Below, piece after piece: positions 1-7,665 of a DNA stretch of 57,830 nt (positions are counted from its first letter, which is position 1; each line of letters starts with the position of its first letter). The stretch is from NCBI GenBank assembly GCA_964596405.1, contig CAZQSS010000002.1, positions 1 through 57,830 on the forward strand, written 5' to 3'. The DNA comes from an uncultured Gammaproteobacteria bacterium (GTDB taxonomy: Bacteria; Patescibacteriota; Patescibacteriia; Magasanikbacterales; UBA10003). Position numbers and translations under genes: made by a program. Below the pieces are notes generated by a model. The model saw only the letters and a list, made by a program, of their open reading frames with translations, was not told the DNA's origin and made no database searches.

Positions 1-59
1 ATTACCCCCGAAATACTTGACAGGTTTGAATAACGGGTATAAGATAACCTATTCTCTTT

Positions 60-1202
60 ATGGCTTATAATCTGAATCAACAGGCATGGGAAGCTCTAAA
101 CCGCGCCCGCCAAATCCTCGTGATTTTCCCCAAAGAAAACGAGGGTGACGGCGCCACGGCCGCTTTGGCGTTGGCCGAAATTCTGAAAAAACTCAACAAG
201 CAGGCCGAGGTCGTCTGTACGGATTTTATCGCGCCGCACAAGTGGTTATTTCTGCCCTCAATCAAAAATATCAAAAGCCAACTCTCGCCGCTCCAAAAAT
301 TCGTGATCAAAGTTGATCTGAAAAAAAATAAACTGGCTTCTTTAAGTTATGATGTTAAAGACAATAATCTCTATATTTATATCTCCCCTAAAGAAGGCGT
401 GATCAACCGCAGCGATGTTCACACCGCTTCCAGTGATTTCAAATTTGATTTGGTAGTGACAGTAGACGCGCCGGATTTAGCCTCGCTGGGGCGTATTTAC
501 GAAAACAACACCGAACTTTTTTCCAAAACTCCCATTATCAATATTGATCACAATCCGGCCAACGAACATTTTGGCAAAATCAATCTGGTGGATATCTCCG
601 CCTCCTCGGCGGCTGAAGTTCTGTTTGAATTTCTAAACCAAATCGCGCCGGAGCAGATTACCGCCGATGTCGCCACTCTCTTGCTCGCCGGTATGATTAT
701 CAAAACCAAAAATTTCCGCGCGGCCAATGTCAGCTCTCGCACCTTGAGCAATGCCGGTAAGCTGGTAGATTTGGGAGCCAAACGCGAAGAAATTGTTCAA
801 CACCTTTACCGCCAACGCTCACTCGCGGCCCTCAAACTCTGGGGCGAGGCTTTGGTGAATTTAAAAAATGATTCTAAAACGGGATTGATCTGGTTGAGTC
901 TCAAACGCGATGATTTTCGCCACGCCAATGCTACCGAATCCGACCTGCCGGAAATTATTGACGAGCTCTTGGCTAATTCGCCCGAGGCCAAAACTATTGT
1001 TTTACTTTATGAAACTGCCGAGGGCAGTGTGGCCGGGTTAGTGGCCACGGAAAAACATTTGGATGCCAAAACCCTTGTTCAGCCGTTCGCGCCCATAGGC
1101 AATCGGTTGAGGGTTAAAATAAATATTGTCGGCAAAGATTTGGCCGCTGCCGAACAGGCCGTCATAGAAACTATAAAAAACCGCCTGCCTGCCTGCCGGT
1201 AG
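60..1202 (+). CDS. DHH-family phosphoesterase (NrnA-like)
   Basis: 380-aa ORF with a DHH-type motif region (INIDHNPANEHFG) and a DHH/DHHA1-like layout. The last codons (NRLPACR) are encoded by a degenerate copy of the dispersed CCTGCC..GGCAGG palindrome. Confidence 0.65.
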   Translation: MAYNLNQQAWEALNRARQILVIFPKENEGDGATAALALAEILKKLNKQAEVVCTDFIAPHKWLFLPSIKNIKSQLSPLQKFVIKVDLKKNKLASLSYDVKDNNLYIYISPKEGVINRSDVHTASSDFKFDLVVTVDAPDLASLGRIYENNTELFSKTPIINIDHNPANEHFGKINLVDISASSAAEVLFEFLNQIAPEQITADVATLLLAGMIIKTKNFRAANVSSRTLSNAGKLVDLGAKREEIVQHLYRQRSLAALKLWGEALVNLKNDSKTGLIWLSLKRDDFRHANATESDLPEIIDELLANSPEAKTIVLLYETAEGSVAGLVATEKHLDAKTLVQPFAPIGNRLRVKINIVGKDLAAAEQAVIETIKNRLPACR

Positions 1203-1262
1203 GCCTGGCCGCAGATTTAAAAAATCGCTCCGATCAAGGGGCGATTTTTTTATTTATTCCAA

Positions 1263-1334
1263 TGCGCCTGGCAGGGATCGAACCTGCGACCCAACGATTA
1301 TAAGTCGTTTGCTCTGCCACTGAGCTACAGGCGC
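1263..1334 (-). tRNA. tRNA-Ile, anticodon UAU (no encoded CCA)
   Basis: Hand-folded 72-nt cloverleaf. Acceptor stem GCGCCTG/CAGGCGC, D stem GCTC/GAGC, anticodon stem AACGA/TCGTT with loop CTTATAA, variable loop GGGTC, T arm GCAGG-TTCGATC-CCTGC, discriminator A. Confidence 0.85.
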
Positions 1335-1997
1335 CTATTTTGGTAACTCCGTTAAAATCTTTAACTGCATCATTATTTTTTCTTTTAATTCTACCTTGTT
1401 AAACATAATTGTGCAAGTACCATGACCAAACGAACCTTTATGATTTATTCTGCAAGAAAGACTCTCTTTAATATATGGCTTTATAAATTGTTTGATTGAA
1501 ATATTTAAAAATTCTGCCCAGTATTTAATTTCTTTTTTAATATCCATATCTTTGTAAAGTTGCAGTGCGACTTTTAGGTCTTTGCTCTGTACTTTATAAA
1601 TTGATTTTAACCAATATATAAAAAATTTCAATACTTGCGGGTCAGTATTTGCCAAAGCCACTCTTGACCAATCTGCTTTACTGCCCTCACCCCAATATAA
1701 AGCTAACCCAGCAACAAACAGTTCTTTTTTCAAAAAGGGTAAAATGCGCTTTTTTTCAAAATTATATAAATTATTTAACCTCTCTTCTCTCTTTTTAAAC
1801 ATTGTCTGTCTAAATTTTTCAATTCTTATCTCACTGTTAGCTCTTAACTGATTAATCCTTTCTCTAGATAATGGATAATCTCTAAGCCAAGAACTTAACG
1901 TGCTTTTAGAGACGCCTGTTTCATTTTTTATTTGTGAATAACTTTTACCTTCTTTGCGCAACTCAAGAGCTCGCTCTCTTAATTTAATTTTGGACAC
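1335..1997 (-). CDS. HTH plus LAGLIDADG-like endonuclease-fold protein (hypothetical)
   Basis: 220-aa ORF. The N-terminus has a resolvase-type HTH (SYSQIKNETGVSKSTLSSWL) and there is a LAGLIDADG-like block FVAGLALYWGEGSK. The stop codon directly abuts the 5' end of the tRNA. Confidence 0.5.
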   Translation of the reverse strand: MSKIKLRERALELRKEGKSYSQIKNETGVSKSTLSSWLRDYPLSRERINQLRANSEIRIEKFRQTMFKKREERLNNLYNFEKKRILPFLKKELFVAGLALYWGEGSKADWSRVALANTDPQVLKFFIYWLKSIYKVQSKDLKVALQLYKDMDIKKEIKYWAEFLNISIKQFIKPYIKESLSCRINHKGSFGHGTCTIMFNKVELKEKIMMQLKILTELPK

Positions 1998-2094
1998 ATG
2001 AGTGAGGTTTATATAACTTACATTCGTAAGTACAATATATCACGCCTCTCTCCTTTTGACAATGGCCTTTCGTCAAAAACGTCTAGATAAACTA

Positions 2095-2285
2095 AACTCA
2101 TCCTTCTCTAATTCCTGCCTGCCGGCAGGCAGGCGCGCGAATTAGAGAAGGTAATCTGTCCTACGATTCCCTCCTCCGCCAAGCCTGCTTGTCGGCAGAC
2201 AGGGCTACGGCGGGCAGGCGCGCGAATTAAACCAAATAATCTATTCTACGATTCCTGCCTGCCGAGGAGGCAGGAATCGTAGAAT
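2095..2285. repeat. Cluster of nested palindromes built around the CCTGCCTGCCGGCAGGCAGG family
   Basis: TTCTCTAATT-CCTGCCTGCCGGCAGGCAGG-cgcgcg-AATTAGAGAA (perfect 20-bp palindrome at 2114-2133), a degenerate copy near 2183-2225, and an 18-bp-stem hairpin ATTCTACGATTCCTGCCT..AGGCAGGAATCGTAGAAT at 2252-2285. Confidence 0.9.
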
Positions 2286-2297
2286 ACTAAAACAAGA

Positions 2298-2334
2298 AAA
2301 AAATAAAAAAGCCCCACAGGTTGTGCTGTGGGGC
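2298..2334 (-). terminator. Rho-independent terminator of the pilin-like operon
   Basis: Hairpin GCCCCACAG-N5-CTGTGGGGC followed by a T-run on the minus strand. Confidence 0.8.
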
Positions 2335-2347
2335 GGGTGAAATTGTT

Positions 2348-2956
2348 TTACTCCGGCTTGGGGGCAATCTCCATGTTGATGATGATGCCCTTGACCGCGA
2401 GAGGCTGATTGGAGACGTGAACGATCTGGCCACCAGAGACGTAGTGCTGATGGTATACACCCTTCGTGTCCCACCAGTACAGATACTCCGCCGATTGGTC
2501 GTAAGTACCGTCGTCCTGAAGGACTTCTGAGGTTCTGTGTTGCCGTCCTCCGATTGCCACGGGTATTCCACTGAGTTCTGCATTGACATACTGCCCGTCT
2601 ACAGCGGCCACCGTTGTGGGAGTGAGACGCTTCCCTCCGCTCGTCACCTTGCCGCGCACCGTTGAGTAGATAATAACCTGCCCGCTGTAGGCGGAGACGA
2701 CGTAGAGGTGCTTGATTGAACCGGGCTTGTTGTCCTCGGTTAGGCGGTCGGCGACATTCTGCTGTTCGGCCGTAAGACCACCAGCATTGGTCTGAACATG
2801 CACCTCGGCCTGTTTCACGCCAGAGGCCGAAGTCGGTTCGTTTTTCGCCGTGCCGCTTACTCTGGAACAAAATGGAATCATAAGCGCGGCGAGAAGGCCT
2901 ATGATTGCGACAATGATCACGACCTCAATGAGAGTGAAACCATGCTGTTTGCGCAT
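2348..2956 (-). CDS. Type IV pilin-like / pseudopilin-like protein (prepilin N-terminal methylation motif)
   Basis: Start trimmed to MRKQHGFTLIEVVIIVAIIGLLAAL, which matches the class III signal G/FTLIE followed by a hydrophobic helix. The C-terminal domain is unassigned. Lies in a G+C-rich island. Confidence 0.7.
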   Translation of the reverse strand: MRKQHGFTLIEVVIIVAIIGLLAALMIPFCSRVSGTAKNEPTSASGVKQAEVHVQTNAGGLTAEQQNVADRLTEDNKPGSIKHLYVVSAYSGQVIIYSTVRGKVTSGGKRLTPTTVAAVDGQYVNAELSGIPVAIGGRQHRTSEVLQDDGTYDQSAEYLYWWDTKGVYHQHYVSGGQIVHVSNQPLAVKGIIINMEIAPKPE

Positions 2957-2984
2957 TGTCTTTCCCCTTTCTTCTGTTTCTTGG

Positions 2985-3446
2985 TTACTGGGTGATGTAG
3001 GGCTTGAACTCGCGCGGGAGCGGTTTGTCCGCGCCCTTGGGCAACTCACCGGCGTTGGCAAACCGCCAATTGAACTTGGCCATCTGCGCGTTGTACTCGG
3101 CGGCGAGCGAGTTGTAGCTGGCCTTGACGCCGGCCACTTCCGAGGCCCAGACGTTGTACTGCTCGCGATCCTCGCGCGGCCACTTGTGGCGCGGCAGGTC
3201 CTTGTAGGCCTCGGCCATCGCCTTCATGCGACCATCGTAGACCGTCACGTCAGCCTGCTTCTTCTCCAGCTGGGCGGCGGCGTCCTTGAACCACATGTAC
3301 TTCTTGAGCAGAGCCTCGGGGCCGAACTCGTCCTTGGCCACCTGGGCGGCCTCGTTACAGACGAAACAGCCCATGACGCTAAAAACGATCCCGAGAGCCA
3401 AAACCGCGAACACGAACTTCACGCACCGATTCACTACCTGTCTCAT
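2985..3446 (-). CDS. Predicted lipoprotein, function unknown
   Basis: 153-aa ORF with a signal peptide and lipobox (FSVMGC), directly upstream of the pilin-like gene. Lies in a G+C-rich island. Confidence 0.6.
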   Translation of the reverse strand: MRQVVNRCVKFVFAVLALGIVFSVMGCFVCNEAAQVAKDEFGPEALLKKYMWFKDAAAQLEKKQADVTVYDGRMKAMAEAYKDLPRHKWPREDREQYNVWASEVAGVKASYNSLAAEYNAQMAKFNWRFANAGELPKGADKPLPREFKPYITQ

Positions 3447-3450
3447 CCTG

Positions 3451-3488
3451 GCCTCCTTGTCCTCCGTAGCTTTAGCGTAGGAGGACTG
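3451..3488 (-). promoter_or_regulatory. Conserved 5' leader with anti-SD/SD hairpin (copy 1)
   Basis: The minus strand reads CAGTCCTCCTaCGCTAAAGCTACGGAGGACAAGGAGGC and ends 5 nt before the ATG. It is identical to 31978-32016 on the plus strand except for one base. Confidence 0.7.
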
Positions 3489-3562
3489 TATTTTCCCCTT
3501 GATTGGGGAGTTGGTGGATAGGGCAAAACGCCCTTATTCCGCTTTAAAAGATCTAATAAGCC

Positions 3563-3591
3563 ATCATAGCACATTTTGGGACTTTTGTCAA
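3563..3591 (-). promoter_or_regulatory. Sigma70-type promoter (TTGACA-17-TATGAT)
   Basis: The minus strand reads TTGACAaaagtcccaaaatgtgcTATGAT. The same architecture recurs in front of the other G+C-rich islands. Confidence 0.65.
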
Positions 3592-3617
3592 GAGGCGGTT
3601 TGTGTTAAGATAAAGAC

Positions 3618-5366
3618 ATGAAAAGTCTAGCCCAAATCCAAAAAAATCTGGCCAAAATTCTAAAGGCTGAAAAAGGCCTGCCTGCCGGTAGGCATGGCCT
3701 AAATTTTATTGCTGTCCTATCAAAAAAATTTCCCCAAGCCAAAATTTACTTGGTCGGCGGGATGGCGCGAGATTTATTTTTGGGACGCGAATCAAAGGAT
3801 TATGATTTTGTGGTCTGCGGCGTGCCGGCCAAAAAACTGGAAACAATTTTAAAAAAACTGGGCGCCACCAACCTGGTGGGAAAACGGTTTGGAGTTTTTA
3901 AATTCGCGCCTACTCTCCCACCCCCTCTTACTCTCCCCCTCGGGCAGGGGGAGAAAACGATAGAAATCGATATTGCCTTGCCCCGCACCGAACACGCCTG
4001 GGGCACCGGCGGCTATCGCGATGTGGAAACCCAATCCGATTGGCGCCTGCCGATTGAAAAAGATCTAGCCCGCCGCGACTTTACAATTAATGCGATGGCG
4101 TTGGAATTGGGAATTAGGAATAAAGAATTAGGAATTATGGACTTGACCGACCCGTTTGACGGTTTAAGTGATCTGAAGAAAAAATTGATCCGAACGGTGG
4201 GCAAACCCGAAGAAAGATTTAAAGAAGACTTTTCTCGCATGTTGCGCGGCCTGCGTTTTGCCTCGCAATTAAACTTTCAGATTGAAAAAAATACATGGGA
4301 TACATTAGTCAAGATGATGAAAAAAATAAACGCGACATTATGTCATTCCCGCCCCCGATCTGTCATCCCCGCGAACGCGGGGATCCAGTCGAGGGCAGGC
4401 TCCCGCGGGAATCCAGCGGCTGGATCCCGCATCAAGTGCGGGATGACAACGAGTGAACGCATTGTGCCTTACGAAGTTATCTCTAAAGAATTTTTAAAAT
4501 CGCTGGTCATCAATCCCTTAAAAACCGTTGACCTGTGGGATGAGGCCGGAGCGCTAAAACAGTTGATGCCGGAATTACTGAAAATGCAGGGCTGTCCCCA
4601 GCCGCCGGAATTTCACAAAGAAGGCGATGTTTGGACCCACACCTACTTGGCGCTGGGTAATCTTTTTGCTCCACATTTTAAAAAATTCGTCCGTTCCCTG
4701 CCTCCGTCTTTCCAAAATGAACCTCTGATTTCGCCGACTTTGGTTTTGGCGGTTTTATTTCACGACCTGGGCAAGCCTTATACCATCAAAACGCCGGAAA
4801 AAGACGGCGTGGACCGCATCCGCACCAACGAACACGATAGTGTGGGCGCCAAACTGGCCAAACAAATCGGCGAACGACTCCGCTTGAGCTCAGTGCCGGA
4901 CATGCATTGCAATTTAGACCATCTGGCCTGGCTTATCCAACACCATTTGCTGACTGTTCACGGCGACCCGATGAAATTTACTAATCGCACCATTGAAAAA
5001 TACTTCTTCAATCCGCTCGTGCCCGGCACTGACCTGTTAAAACTGATTTATTGCGATCAAATGGCCTCTTTTGTTGGTGGCAAACCCCAACTAGGTTCGC
5101 TCCCCCGCCTGGTTAAAAGAATAAAAATGCTTTTAGGCGGATTGCGCCAAACCAAACACCTGCCTACCGGCAAGGCAGGCCATGCCTACCGGCAGGCAGG
5201 TTTGCCGCCGCCGCTTTTAGACGGCCGCGAAATTATGATGGTCTTAAAACTAAAACCCGGTCGCCTCGTCGGCGACCTAAAAGACCGTTTGCGCGAGGCC
5301 CAGTTAGCCGGTAAAGTTAAAAATAAAAAACAAGCTAAAGATTTTTTAATCAAGATCCACTCCTAA
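3618..5366 (+). CDS. cca: tRNA nucleotidyltransferase (CCA-adding enzyme / poly(A) polymerase family) with HD domain
   Basis: Motifs GGMARDLFLGRESKDYDFVV, RRDFTINAMA and HD (LFHDLGKP). It is interrupted in frame by several repeat-derived segments. Confidence 0.85.
   Translation: MKSLAQIQKNLAKILKAEKGLPAGRHGLNFIAVLSKKFPQAKIYLVGGMARDLFLGRESKDYDFVVCGVPAKKLETILKKLGATNLVGKRFGVFKFAPTLPPPLTLPLGQGEKTIEIDIALPRTEHAWGTGGYRDVETQSDWRLPIEKDLARRDFTINAMALELGIRNKELGIMDLTDPFDGLSDLKKKLIRTVGKPEERFKEDFSRMLRGLRFASQLNFQIEKNTWDTLVKMMKKINATLCHSRPRSVIPANAGIQSRAGSRGNPAAGSRIKCGMTTSERIVPYEVISKEFLKSLVINPLKTVDLWDEAGALKQLMPELLKMQGCPQPPEFHKEGDVWTHTYLALGNLFAPHFKKFVRSLPPSFQNEPLISPTLVLAVLFHDLGKPYTIKTPEKDGVDRIRTNEHDSVGAKLAKQIGERLRLSSVPDMHCNLDHLAWLIQHHLLTVHGDPMKFTNRTIEKYFFNPLVPGTDLLKLIYCDQMASFVGGKPQLGSLPRLVKRIKMLLGGLRQTKHLPTGKAGHAYRQAGLPPPLLDGREIMMVLKLKPGRLVGDLKDRLREAQLAGKVKNKKQAKDFLIKIHS
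3677..3697. repeat. 20-bp palindrome family copy, in frame inside cca (encodes GLPAGRHG)
   Basis: CCTGCCTGCCGGTAGGCATGG. Confidence 0.9.
4341..4448. repeat. About 108-nt compound palindromic insertion, in frame inside cca
   Basis: GTCATCCCCGCGAACGCGGGGATCCAG ... CTGGATCCCGCATCAAGTGCGGGATGAC. Translates to CHSRPRSVIPANAGIQSRAGSRGNPAAGSRIKCGMT within an otherwise conserved enzyme. Confidence 0.8.
5159..5200. repeat. Tandem pair of 20-bp palindrome family copies, in frame inside cca
   Basis: CCTGCCTACCGGCAAGGCAGG followed by CATGCCTACCGGCAGGCAGG. Encodes LPTGKAGHAYRQAG. Confidence 0.9.
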
Positions 5367-5368
5367 TA

Positions 5369-5506
5369 TGCCCAGTAATACAACCCCGCAAGTTTCGCTT
5401 CGCGAAACATAAAAGATGCGTTGATATTACTAGGTCATCAAAATTTAAAAAAACATTTAATTTAAATCCCCGAATGATAAAATCATGCGGGGTTGATATA
5501 CTGGGT
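5369..5506 (+). mobile_element. MITE-like 138-nt element with terminal inverted repeats (copy A)
   Basis: TGCCCAGTAATACAACCCCGCAAGTTTCGCTTCGCGAAAC ... AAATCATGCGGGGTTGATATACTGGGT. The ends are inverted repeats and there is an internal hairpin GTTTCGC-TTC-GCGAAAC. A second copy is at 41902-42040. The element ends exactly at the start codon of rluD. Confidence 0.8.
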
Positions 5507-6541
5507 ATGAAAAAGATTATAGTTGAAGAACCGGACAATAAAAAAAGACTGGATAAATTTTTGACAGAACAACTGCCAAATTTTAGCCGTTCCCAAATTC
5601 AAAAATTGGTTAAACTCAAAAAAATCTTGGTTAACCAAAAGCCGGTCACCCCGCATCATTTTTTAAAAACCAATGACGAAATTAATCTGCTGGATCTCAA
5701 ATATACGGTTGCTCCCTACCAAAAATCCGAAGAACAAACCAAGGGTTCTAAAAAAACAAAAGCCGTCGCGCCAAAAATAATCTACGAAGACGATGATCTC
5801 GTGATTATCAACAAACCGGCCGGCCTTTTGGTTCATCCCCGTCTGGATATAGACAAAGAAACCGAACCGACTTTGGTTGATTGGCTTATTAAAAAGTATC
5901 CCAAAATAAAAAAAGTCGGCGACCAACCCGCCTCTCGGTCCGCCGCATCAGCCACCTGCCTGCCGGCAGGCAGGTTCGGTTCTGTGGCACCCGCAAACTC
6001 GGCGGGCAGGCCCAAACTCCGCCCCGGTATTGTGCATCGCCTGGATAAAGACGCCTCGGGCGTTATGGTGGTAGCCAAAAACCAGGCGGCTTTTGAAGCG
6101 CTGAAAAAACAATTTCATGATCGGCAAGTGATAAAAGAATATGTGGCTTTAACTTATGGACAAATTAAAGCTGATTGTGCTAATATAGAATTTCCTATCG
6201 GTCGGGCGCGCGAGGGTGGTAAAATGGCGGCCCGCGCCAAAGAAACCGAAGGCAAACCCTCCATCACCGCTATTGAAGTCACCAACCGTTTTCCTAATTG
6301 CACTTTGATTAAAGCCTTTCCTAAAACCGGCCGCACTCACCAAATCCGCGTTCACCTTTTTGCTTTGGGCAACCCCTTGGTGGGCGACCAACTTTACAAA
6401 AGTAAAAAATTTAAACCCATCCCCACCGGTCGGCTGATGCTGCACTCGCACAAACTGACAATTAAATTATTAGACAGGGAAATTAAAACATTCATCGCCC
6501 CCATTCCGCAAGAGTTTGATAAATATCGCGGATGGAATTAG
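5507..6541 (+). CDS. rluD: 23S rRNA pseudouridine synthase, RluA/RluD family
   Basis: S4-like N-terminus (RLDKFL..SRSQIQKLV), catalytic HRLDKDASGVMVVAKN and KTGRTHQIRVH. Start trimmed to the M at 5507 because the upstream codons belong to the MITE-like element. Confidence 0.85.
   Translation: MKKIIVEEPDNKKRLDKFLTEQLPNFSRSQIQKLVKLKKILVNQKPVTPHHFLKTNDEINLLDLKYTVAPYQKSEEQTKGSKKTKAVAPKIIYEDDDLVIINKPAGLLVHPRLDIDKETEPTLVDWLIKKYPKIKKVGDQPASRSAASATCLPAGRFGSVAPANSAGRPKLRPGIVHRLDKDASGVMVVAKNQAAFEALKKQFHDRQVIKEYVALTYGQIKADCANIEFPIGRAREGGKMAARAKETEGKPSITAIEVTNRFPNCTLIKAFPKTGRTHQIRVHLFALGNPLVGDQLYKSKKFKPIPTGRLMLHSHKLTIKLLDREIKTFIAPIPQEFDKYRGWN
5955..5974. repeat. Perfect 20-bp palindrome, in frame inside rluD (encodes CLPAGRFG)
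   Basis: CCTGCCTGCCGGCAGGCAGG. Confidence 0.9.
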
Positions 6542-6610
6542 GAATCAGGAATCAGGAATTATGCGTGGCGATTTTTATTCCCTAATTCATAATTCTTAAT
6601 TCTTAATTCC
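6534..6610. repeat. GGAATTAGGAAT-type palindromic intergenic repeat / probable terminator
   Basis: GGAATTAGGAATCAGGAATCAGGAATTAT ... ATTCCCTAATTCATAATTCTTAATTCTTAATTCC. A related in-frame copy lies in cca at 4103-4137. Confidence 0.75.
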
Positions 6611-6617
6611 CAACACT

Positions 6618-7163
6618 ATGATTATCACCATCTCCGGTTTGCCCGGCTCGGGTAAAAGCACCGTCGGCAAAATCCTGGCCAAAAAATTGGGTTACGAATT
6701 TTTATCTATGGGCGATTTGCGGGGCAAAATGGCCATCGACCGAGGCCTGACCATTGACGAACTCAATCGCTTGGGTGAAAAAGAAGGTTGGACGGATAAA
6801 GAGGTGGATGACTATCAACGTAAATACGGCCAAGATCACGACCGCTTGGTGGTTGAGGGCCGTTTAAGTTTTTATTTTATCCCCCAATCTTTTAAGATAT
6901 TTCTAACCGTTAATCAAAAAACCGCCGCCGCTCGGACAATGGAAAACCGCAATGAACGTCAGGATGAAAAATCCGCCAAAACCGTGGAAGAAGCTGAGAA
7001 GCTGCTACGCGAAAGAATCGAAAGTGACCGCAAACGCTACTTAAAATATTACAAACTGGATTATACCGACCCCACGCACTATGACGTAGTTTTGGACACC
7101 ACCCTGCCCTCGGTCAAGGAAGTCGTCCAAATCATACTTGACAGATTACCCAAAAAGATGTAG
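6618..7163 (+). CDS. cmk: Cytidylate kinase, short archaeal-type
   Basis: 181 aa with P-loop GLPGSGKST. Length and motif order match type-2 CMP kinases. Confidence 0.7.
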   Translation: MIITISGLPGSGKSTVGKILAKKLGYEFLSMGDLRGKMAIDRGLTIDELNRLGEKEGWTDKEVDDYQRKYGQDHDRLVVEGRLSFYFIPQSFKIFLTVNQKTAAARTMENRNERQDEKSAKTVEEAEKLLRERIESDRKRYLKYYKLDYTDPTHYDVVLDTTLPSVKEVVQIILDRLPKKM

Positions 7164-7197
7164 GATATTATCAATCTTAAACTTCCAAATCCCAAGC

Positions 7198-7217
7198 CCT
7201 GCCTACCGGCAGGCAGG
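7198..7217. repeat. 20-bp palindrome family copy (intergenic)
   Basis: CCTGCCTACCGGCAGGCAGG. Confidence 0.9.
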
Positions 7218-7269
7218 TCTAAAATCTCAAACAAATTTCAAATATCAAATCCTAAATTTCCAAACGTAT

Positions 7270-7620
7270 ATGATGACAAAAACCGAGGAAGCCAAGCAAA
7301 ATTTAGCTGAAATTAGGCCTGGCCAAACAGTTAAGGTTTACCACAAAATTAAGGAAGTAAACCCCAAAGGCGAGCTTAAAGAGCGTCTGCAAATCTTTGA
7401 GGGCGTGGTTCTGTCCCGCCGCCATGGTATGGAACAAGGCGCCACCATTACCGTGCGGAAAATTTCCGAAGGTGTGGGCGTGGAAAAAATCTTCCCCGTT
7501 CATTCGCCGGCCGTGGCCAAAATTGAAGTGACGCGCGAGGGCCGCGTCCGCCGCGCTAAACTGTTTTTCTTGCGCGATCCGAATCAAAAACTGAAAGAAA
7601 AGAAAAAATCATCAAAATAA
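7270..7620 (+). CDS. rplS: 50S ribosomal protein L19
   Basis: Start trimmed to MMTKTEE. Conserved block RLQIFEGVVLSRRHGMEQGATITVRKISEGVGVEKIFPVHSP. Confidence 0.9.
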   Translation: MMTKTEEAKQNLAEIRPGQTVKVYHKIKEVNPKGELKERLQIFEGVVLSRRHGMEQGATITVRKISEGVGVEKIFPVHSPAVAKIEVTREGRVRRAKLFFLRDPNQKLKEKKKSSK

Positions 7621-7624
7621 AAAA

Positions 7625-7661
7625 ATATCCTCCGACATAATATCGGGGGATATTTTTTTAT
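7625..7661. terminator. Bidirectional rho-independent terminator
   Basis: Hairpin ATATCCTCCGAcataatATCGGGGGATAT flanked by A-run and T-run, located between convergent genes. Confidence 0.75.
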
Positions 7662-7665
7662 TTGA

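Noticed and set aside
2241-3521. Long ORFs 2241-2870(-), 2850-3521(+) and others overlapping the pilin-like and lipoprotein genes.
   Set aside because: They are typical stop-codon-poor alternative frames of G+C-rich DNA, Arg/Gly/Pro-rich and without an RBS. The chosen frames have a signal peptide or prepilin motif plus promoter and terminator logic.
5474-5506. The N-terminal extensions [11 protein letters not shown] (rluD) and [11 protein letters not shown] (rpsS, 41902-41934).
   Set aside because: The extra codons are part of the repeated MITE-like element, and orthologous proteins start at the downstream Met. They are kept only as a possibility in the findings.
7138-7269. The 44-codon N-terminal extension of rplS, and similar extensions of 24207-24428, 26063-26182, 49530-49694, 12366-12413, 30286-30327 and 30796-30816.
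   Set aside because: The extensions run through intergenic repeats or overlap the neighbouring gene. Internal Met codons give canonical N-termini.
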